From positions 60,001-92,000 of the forward strand of contig NZ_CP011034.1 in the NCBI RefSeq assembly GCF_001465295.1: DNA of 32,000 bases. Direction: 5' to 3'. A program made the translations under genes and the position numbers. Positions within the stretch are counted from its first letter, which is position 1; every line of letters begins with the position of its first letter. The stretch is from Pseudoalteromonas translucida KMM 520. Its GTDB lineage: Bacteria; Pseudomonadota; Gammaproteobacteria; Enterobacterales; Alteromonadaceae. Of this stretch, positions 26,700 through 32,000 are shown piece by piece. The notes beneath the pieces are model-generated. The model was not told the origin of the DNA, did no database searches, and saw only the letters and a list, made by a program, of their open reading frames with translations.

Positions 26700-28271
26700 A
26701 TGACGGTAGAAAAAACCCATCTCGAAATTTGTAATTTAACTAAAGAGCAATACCCACAAATTAAAACCTTGATGGATCAAGCATACCCAGATTTAGGTGG
26801 TGCATGGCCTAGCCATACAATTTTTAGATTAATAGACCAATTTCCAGAAGGGCAAATAGGCATTGTGGATGATGGTGTGCTGGTAGGCTTAGCATTAAGT
26901 GTGCAAGTAGACTATGCCCGCTTTTCTAACCCCCATACCTATGAAGACATAGCCGATGGCCATGACCGCGTATTTAGTGATACCGCCGGCGATGCACTGT
27001 ATGGCTTAGATGTTGCGATTAGCGAAACACACAGAGGTATGCGCCTTGGGCGTAGGCTGTACGATGCCCGAAAAGAATTGTGCCGCCAATACAACTTGCG
27101 CGCTATTTTAGCGGGTGGTCGTATTCCGCGTTATTACAATCACAGTAATGAAATGACCCCAATGGAATATATAGCTAAAGTAGATCAAAAAGAGCTGTAC
27201 GATCCTATCTTAAGTTTTCAGCTAGCCAACGATTTTCAAGTTAAACGCTTACTTAAAAAGTATTTACCCGAAGATCAAGAATCAGTAGGTTATGCCACAT
27301 TACTGGAGTGGAATAACATACTGTACGAACCTACCGATACCGTGATTGGCACAGTAAAGTCGATTGTGCGTGTAGGCGCGGTGCAGTGGCAAATGCGTAA
27401 GGTGGAGTCGGTAGAGGAAATGCTCAAGCAGGTCGAGTATTTTGTTGATACAGTTTCTGATTATCAAAGTGACTTTATTTTATTCCCTGAATTTTTTAAT
27501 GCTCCGCTAATGGGGTTAACCGAGCAAGTTAATCAAACCGAAGCGATCCGTAATTTAGCCGAGTACACAGAAACTTTTAAAAATGCTATGTCGCGAATGG
27601 CAATTGAATACAACGCCAATATTATTACCGGCTCAATGCCAGTAGCCGACGGGGATAAAATTTATAACGTCAGTTATTTATGTCACCGCAGCGGTAAAAT
27701 AGATGAGCAACGTAAAATTCATATTACCCCGCATGAGCAAAATGACTGGGTTATTCAAGGAGGCGATAAAATAGCGGTATTTGAAACTGATGCAGGGCGT
27801 GTTGGTATTCAAATTTGTTACGATGTTGAGTTTCCAGAGTTATCTAGAATTATGGCCAAAGAAGGCTTAGAAATTTTATTTGTACCTTTTTGGACTGATA
27901 CTAAAAATAGCTATTTACGGGTACGCCATTGTGCTCAAGCACGCGCTATTGAAAACGAATGTTATGTGGTTATAGCGGGCTCTGTTGGTAACTTGCCAGA
28001 AGTAGAAAGCCTAGATGTACAGTTTGCACAATCGGCAGTACTTACACCGTCTGATTTTTCATTCCCACATGATGCAACACTTAACGAAGCAACCACTAAT
28101 ACCGAAATGTTGTTATTTAGTGATCTTGATATGGATAAATTAAAAATTCTTCACAGCGAAGGGACAGTACGTAACTTAAAAGATCGACGTGAAGATTTAT
28201 ACGACATAATGCTAAAAAAAGTCAGCGATGATAAAAAGGTCAGTGCGGATAAGCAAAAAAGTAGCTTTTAA
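26700..28271 (+). CDS. Bifunctional GNAT N-acetyltransferase / carbon-nitrogen hydrolase (nitrilase superfamily) fusion protein
   Basis: The N-terminal ~200 aa is GNAT, with motif A HRGMRLGRRLY. The C-terminal ~290 aa is a nitrilase fold with an E-K-C triad: LFPEFF, RKIHITP and QICYDVEFPE (Cys codon 27816-27818). ATG 26700 is preceded by AAGGAG at 26687-26692. Confidence 0.85.
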   Translation: MTVEKTHLEICNLTKEQYPQIKTLMDQAYPDLGGAWPSHTIFRLIDQFPEGQIGIVDDGVLVGLALSVQVDYARFSNPHTYEDIADGHDRVFSDTAGDALYGLDVAISETHRGMRLGRRLYDARKELCRQYNLRAILAGGRIPRYYNHSNEMTPMEYIAKVDQKELYDPILSFQLANDFQVKRLLKKYLPEDQESVGYATLLEWNNILYEPTDTVIGTVKSIVRVGAVQWQMRKVESVEEMLKQVEYFVDTVSDYQSDFILFPEFFNAPLMGLTEQVNQTEAIRNLAEYTETFKNAMSRMAIEYNANIITGSMPVADGDKIYNVSYLCHRSGKIDEQRKIHITPHEQNDWVIQGGDKIAVFETDAGRVGIQICYDVEFPELSRIMAKEGLEILFVPFWTDTKNSYLRVRHCAQARAIENECYVVIAGSVGNLPEVESLDVQFAQSAVLTPSDFSFPHDATLNEATTNTEMLLFSDLDMDKLKILHSEGTVRNLKDRREDLYDIMLKKVSDDKKVSADKQKSSF

Positions 28272-28397
28272 TCACTACAAAGTAGGTCGCTTATTAAAGT
28301 GTGAGTTGGTTAATTAGCATTAATTTTGTTTTATGCTGTTAATGAATAAATTAGCTCGCTAAAATACCGCAAATTTTTAATATAGTGGGTACTTTAA

Positions 28398-28715
28398 GTG
28401 GCTTGGATGTATTTAATAATTGCGGGCTTGCTTGAAATTGGCTGGCCCATAGGCTTAAAAATTTCGCAACAAAGTGACAGCCGCTGGTTAGGTATTGGCA
28501 TTGCGGTTGCATTTATGGTGGTTAGTGGCTTTATGTTGTGGCTAGCCCAACGTGATATTCCTATGGGTACATCTTACGCGGTATGGACAGGCATTGGCGC
28601 TGCTGGCACCTTTATAGTGGGCATTTTGTTTTATGGTGATGCCGCCACTTTTGGCCGTATTGCCGGTGTATTAATGATTATTTGCGGTGTGATCACACTT
28701 AAAATAAGCCATTAA
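28398..28715 (+). CDS. sugE: SMR-family transporter SugE/Gdx (guanidinium / quaternary ammonium exporter)
   Basis: 105 aa with four TM helices. Motifs MAWMYLIIAGLLEIGWPIGLK (essential Glu) and GTSYAVWTGIGAAGT are collinear with remembered E. coli SugE. Confidence 0.88.
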   Translation: MAWMYLIIAGLLEIGWPIGLKISQQSDSRWLGIGIAVAFMVVSGFMLWLAQRDIPMGTSYAVWTGIGAAGTFIVGILFYGDAATFGRIAGVLMIICGVITLKISH

Positions 28716-28746
28716 AAAGTAAATTCAACGCGGTTTAAACAAAAGT

Positions 28747-28777
28747 AGCGCAGGATTAAAAGCCTGCGCTTTTTTTT
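28747..28777 (+). terminator. Intrinsic terminator after sugE
   Basis: agcgcagg (28747-28754) pairs with cctgcgct (28763-28770), followed by T7. Confidence 0.85.
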
Positions 28778-28785
28778 GCCTGTAA

Positions 28786-29664
28786 TTAATTGGGCAACAT
28801 GACTAAAATAGCGGCAACGGCAATGAGTAATAACCCGGCGCTGTCTTGTTTTTTAAGCGGTTGTTTTAGCCACAGTACGGCAATGAGTATGGTAAAAAAC
28901 ACCTCTATTTGGCCAAGCGTTTTTACATAGGCAACATGCTGCAAGCTCATGGCGCTAAACCAGCCAATAGAGCCCACACAGCTAAAAATACTAATTGCGA
29001 TAGTTGTGCCCTTATATTGCCAAAGTTTACTGAGGGTGTGTGGCTCTTTTAATAATAAATAACCCAGCAATATTAGGGTTTGCAAGCTAATAACAAAAAG
29101 CAGTACCCAAGCAGCAGAGTGAGGAAATAATAACCCTGAATTTAAACTGCCTTCGCGTACCCATAATGAAGTAAGCGCAAAGCAAGTACCGCACGCAAGA
29201 CCTAATAAAGCTGTTTTGGCATCAAAGCGTTTAATGCTGGTTATACCGCTCATTAGCAGTACGGCAATAGCCCCTAAAAACACTCCCAGCCAACCTAATA
29301 AGGTTAACGCCGAACCAAAAAATAATACTCCTAAAATAGCGGCAACCAAAGCCTCACTTTTTGCAAGCCCAGCGCCTACAGCATAATTATTCATTTTAAA
29401 TAATTTAACCATTAAGCCAGTAGCAAGTATTTGCATAATACTTGCGCCAATAATAAAGCCCCAAAAAGCATTATTAAAACTAGGCATAGCGGTACCTTGG
29501 TATTGATATAAGCCATACAAATACACAGCAGCAATAGGGCCTGCTACAATAAAGCGCGATAAAGTAACGCCAGCTACGCTCACATTACTACTTAACTTAC
29601 TTTGCAGTGCATTGCGCCAAGCTTGCATAAAAGCGGCTAAAAAAGTGAAAAATACCCAAGTCAT
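28786..29664 (-). CDS. EamA/DMT-family transporter
   Basis: 292 aa with about 10 TM segments and two EamA-like halves. Confidence 0.75.
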   Translation of the reverse strand: MTWVFFTFLAAFMQAWRNALQSKLSSNVSVAGVTLSRFIVAGPIAAVYLYGLYQYQGTAMPSFNNAFWGFIIGASIMQILATGLMVKLFKMNNYAVGAGLAKSEALVAAILGVLFFGSALTLLGWLGVFLGAIAVLLMSGITSIKRFDAKTALLGLACGTCFALTSLWVREGSLNSGLLFPHSAAWVLLFVISLQTLILLGYLLLKEPHTLSKLWQYKGTTIAISIFSCVGSIGWFSAMSLQHVAYVKTLGQIEVFFTILIAVLWLKQPLKKQDSAGLLLIAVAAILVMLPN

Positions 29665-29733
29665 AATAACAATACAAAAATAATAGAGGGCGATAAGTTA
29701 ACAAGGTATACAAAGTAAAGCGATAGTGCTTTA

Positions 29734-29837
29734 GGCTCAGCTGCGACAATTTGCCGCAGTTTAACGGCCGTAAAATTAGTTTATAGTTAGTTTGATGTTA
29801 CTGCTTAGCCGTCAGGCACTTATCTGGCGGCTTTTTT
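29734..29837 (+). ncRNA. Candidate small RNA or terminator-containing 5' leader upstream of the MAPEG gene
   Basis: Possible promoter: TTAACA (29698-29703), an 18-nt spacer, then GATAGT (29722-29727). A 7-bp hairpin agctgcg/cgcagtt sits around 29739-29761. A strong terminator follows at 29807-29837. No CDS lies upstream on this strand. Confidence 0.3.
29807..29837 (+). terminator. Orphan intrinsic terminator in a divergent intergenic region
   Basis: agccgtcag (29807-29815) pairs with ctggcggct (29824-29832). This is a 9-bp stem with one G-U pair and an 8-nt loop, followed by T6. Confidence 0.65.
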
Positions 29838-29886
29838 ATAGTGGGTGTGTTATTTTAAATAATTAATAATAACAAAGAACCGTACT

Positions 29887-30270
29887 ATGACTATTTTAAT
29901 CGCTTGTGCTTTATTGGCCGTTGTAATGCCTTATTTAGCAAGAATCCCCGCAGTAATCGAACTTAATAAATTGGGCGGCTACGACAACAAGCATCCGCGC
30001 CAACAACAAACTCAATTAACCGGTTTAGGAGCGCGGGCTTTAGCTGCACACCAAAACTGTTTTGAGTCGTTAGCAGTATTTGCCGTTGCACTTGCGGTGG
30101 TATTAGGCACTAATAATGTTAATGCGGTAACCGAAGCCTTGGCGATGAGCCACATTGTAGCACGTGTTTTATTTTGTGCTTTTTACTACCTTAACCTAGA
30201 TATTATGCGCTCAATTATGTGGTTTGTTGGTATAAGTACAGCTATTGCAATGATTGCAGTGAGCTTTTAA
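29887..30270 (+). CDS. MAPEG-family membrane protein
   Basis: 127 aa with three to four TM helices. It shows the characteristic YDNKHPRQQ...RALAAHQNCFESLAVFA pattern of bacterial MAPEG proteins. Confidence 0.7.
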   Translation: MTILIACALLAVVMPYLARIPAVIELNKLGGYDNKHPRQQQTQLTGLGARALAAHQNCFESLAVFAVALAVVLGTNNVNAVTEALAMSHIVARVLFCAFYYLNLDIMRSIMWFVGISTAIAMIAVSF

Positions 30271-30288
30271 ATTTATTTTAAACCCCCA

Positions 30289-30308
30289 AAGCGCTTTAAA
30301 AGGCGCTT
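30289..30308. terminator. Short hairpin between convergent genes
   Basis: aagcgc (30289-30294) pairs with gcgctt (30303-30308) around an 8-nt loop. It overlaps the stop of the pseudouridine synthase gene. Confidence 0.4.
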
Positions 30309-30996
30309 ACTTTAAAATATCGCTTTTATTAATTGCAATATATTGCCCTTGGGCAAGGTTTAGCGTTTGCAGGGTTAGCTCGCTAATTTGCTCGCGATAC
30401 AAGTCAATTACCTTATAACCACAGTAATGTGCCATTTTTCTAATTTGCCTATTAAGCCCTTGCTTTAAAATAATACTAAATTGTTTGTCTGCTATTTTTT
30501 CAACGCTACAGGGCAAGGTTATTTGCTTATCTACCGGTACACCTGCGGCCATTTTTGTACAAAACTCGGCATCAATACTTTTATTAACGCTAACTAAGTA
30601 ACGTTTTGGCTGGTGGAAGTCGGGGTGAATTAGCTGGTTACATAACTCACCATCGTTGGTTAATATAAGTAAGCCACGGGAGTCCTTATCAAGGCGGCCA
30701 ATAGGGTAAACCCGCGTAATAGTAGGCAGGTGGTGATAAAGGCTAGTAGGGTCATTCTGATCAAGCTTGCAGTCAATACCTACAGGCTTATGATAAGCAA
30801 AATAAATTAACTCAGCAGCGCCTTTAATAATTTGCCCGTTAACTGTTATGTGGTCTTGTTCATCAACATGGTCAATATGATTAGCTGGGCGGTTATTTAC
30901 TATCACTGCACCTTCGTCAATTAAACGTGAGGCTTGCTTACGCGAGCAAACACCGGCATGGGCAATGTATTTAGCAAGTCGAATTTTGGTGCTCAT
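30307..30996 (-). CDS. rluF: rRNA pseudouridine synthase (RsuA/RluB/RluF family, RluF-like)
   Basis: N-terminal S4 domain (RLAKYIAHAGVCSRKQASRLIDEG). Catalytic motif PIGRLDKDSRGLLILTNDG, plus GLNRQIRKM. It resembles remembered E. coli RluF without the basic tail. Confidence 0.75.
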   Translation of the reverse strand: MSTKIRLAKYIAHAGVCSRKQASRLIDEGAVIVNNRPANHIDHVDEQDHITVNGQIIKGAAELIYFAYHKPVGIDCKLDQNDPTSLYHHLPTITRVYPIGRLDKDSRGLLILTNDGELCNQLIHPDFHQPKRYLVSVNKSIDAEFCTKMAAGVPVDKQITLPCSVEKIADKQFSIILKQGLNRQIRKMAHYCGYKVIDLYREQISELTLQTLNLAQGQYIAINKSDILK

Positions 30997-31174
30997 AAAT
31001 GGGTGCTGTTAGTCGTTAGCAAAAGTGTGCAGCAGATTATAGCAAAGCTGCCAAGTAAACATTACTGAAGGTGGGTAAATAGCCATAACTTTAGTGTTAG
31101 GCGCTACAGAGTATGCATTTTATAAGTAGTTGTTGGTTTAATAATTTTTAATTTTATAAATATTAGAGGCGTTA

Positions 31175-31585
31175 ATGTATCAATTATATGCAAATAATGA
31201 CGATTGCTTAAATCAGGCGCTTCGTCAAAAAATAGTGGCGTTTAATAGCGCGCATTTTGATGCTGAGCGTATGCCTCTTGGTTATCAGTTTTTAGGCGCA
31301 CAAAAAGAATTGGTCGCAGGGATTAGTGGCTGTGTATTTGGCAATTGGTTGCAGATAAATTGGCTTTGGTGCAGCGAGTTAGTACGTGGCAATGGCTTGG
31401 CGACTAAGTTACTAGTCGCACTTGAAGAGGCGGCAGTTGAGCTTGGAGCAACGAAGGCGCAGCTCGATACGCTTGATTTTCAGGCCAAGCCTTTTTATGA
31501 AAAGCACGGTTACCAAGTTAAGTATCAACTTAATAATTATCCGCGCACGGGTACTCGCTATTTTATGGAAAAGCCGCTTATTTAA
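31175..31585 (+). CDS. Small GNAT-family N-acetyltransferase
   Basis: 136 aa with an acetyl-CoA motif-A-like segment (VRGNGLATKLL) and C-terminal FYEKHGY. Confidence 0.7.
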   Translation: MYQLYANNDDCLNQALRQKIVAFNSAHFDAERMPLGYQFLGAQKELVAGISGCVFGNWLQINWLWCSELVRGNGLATKLLVALEEAAVELGATKAQLDTLDFQAKPFYEKHGYQVKYQLNNYPRTGTRYFMEKPLI

Positions 31586-31599
31586 CCCTTGCAGGGTGA

Positions 31600-31956
31600 T
31601 TAAATAGCTTTAAGTGGCTCGCCTGTAAAGGTTACGCCTAAAAATGGGGTAACTTCAGGAGCAAGCATAAAGGTACGAATATTCATATGATCGCTACCTT
31701 TTGGGTTGTTAAGCACATCTTGATGATAAAACTGACCAAAGCAATCGAGCGTATTTTGTTTACTAAGTTGGTTTAGTTTTGCAAAAGCGAAAATTTTGCA
31801 AGAACCATTGTTCTCGCTCGCTGCACTGAGTAAACCATGATTATTAAATGCGCAAGGAGTGAAGCGGTAATGTGTATCGATAATTGCCATAGTGTCGGTA
31901 AATTCGATGCTTTTTGGCTCATTTGCCAATTTTTCTAGGTAGTCACTTAGAGTCAC
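31600..31956 (-). CDS. HopJ type III effector family protein (PF08888-like)
   Basis: 118 aa. Motifs IEFTDTMAIID..Y.FTP.AF.N, NNGSCKIFAFAKL..LSK..TL.CFG.FY..DVL.NP.G.DH.NIR.FM match the HopJ-family pattern as I recall it. Confidence 0.7.
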   Translation of the reverse strand: MTLSDYLEKLANEPKSIEFTDTMAIIDTHYRFTPCAFNNHGLLSAASENNGSCKIFAFAKLNQLSKQNTLDCFGQFYHQDVLNNPKGSDHMNIRTFMLAPEVTPFLGVTFTGEPLKAI

Positions 31957-32000
31957 TTTCTGTCCTTAGGATTATTTTTATACTTAACTCTAACCTATCT

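Noticed and set aside
28272-28397. Guanidine riboswitch (ykkC, mini-ykkC or guanidine-III) upstream of sugE/gdx
   Set aside because: The leader is AT-rich. It contains no paired GC hairpins with ACGR loops and no G-rich ykkC-like core that I can see. An Infernal scan would be the definitive test.
31600-31956. HopJ homologue as a marker of a type III secretion or virulence island
   Set aside because: No T3SS apparatus, chaperone or regulator genes are nearby. The flanking genes are housekeeping (pseudouridine synthase, GNAT).
1-32000. Genomic island, prophage, IS element, CRISPR array, toxin-antitoxin module or known defence system
   Set aside because: I saw no integrase, transposase, recombinase, phage structural gene, tRNA attachment site, direct-repeat array, nuclease/helicase/ATPase defence-type gene or abrupt compositional shift. 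Every large ORF has a housekeeping or metabolic assignment.

Overview
This window looks like an ordinary core-chromosome segment of an AT-rich marine gammaproteobacterium. The gene content and protein signatures resemble Alteromonadales/Pseudoalteromonas, but that is an inference I could not verify. I can support 30 protein-coding genes. They are: a partial EamA transporter running off the left edge, divergent from a MocR-type regulator; a DUF2884/YggN-like secreted protein; a tiny charged protein; glutathione peroxidase; azlCD; a cytochrome b561-like and cytochrome c-prime pair; DUF2721; a 1154-aa secreted S8 subtilase followed by a lipoprotein-type oligopeptidase B; DUF4870; yqaA; the folX-folE-folM tetrahydromonapterin trio; nadE; yceH; an 1120-aa CHASE-PAS-GAF hybrid histidine kinase; an E. 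coli-type ycaO; an Ntn (S45) acylase; a secreted MBL-fold hydrolase; a GNAT-nitrilase fusion; sugE/gdx; a second EamA transporter; MAPEG; an RluF-like pseudouridine synthase; a small GNAT; and a HopJ-family protein. Several intrinsic terminator hairpins are visible, many at convergent gene ends. I saw no rRNA, tRNA, CRISPR array, IS element, integrase, phage genes, recognisable defence system or compositional island. I did not find a convincing novel multi-gene system. The most noteworthy items are listed here. (1) The co-directional hydrolase trio at 23.3-28.3 kb (acyl-amide acylase, exported MBL hydrolase, uncharacterised GNAT-nitrilase fusion). (2) The orphan multi-sensor hybrid kinase with two receiver-like domains, apparently co-transcribed with yceH. 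(3) The giant subtilase with a cadherin-like repeat and a GlyGly-CTERM-like tail. (4) An orphan promoter-plus-terminator unit (candidate sRNA or leader) upstream of the MAPEG gene. All functional calls rest on motif-level recognition and remembered homologues, not on database searches.
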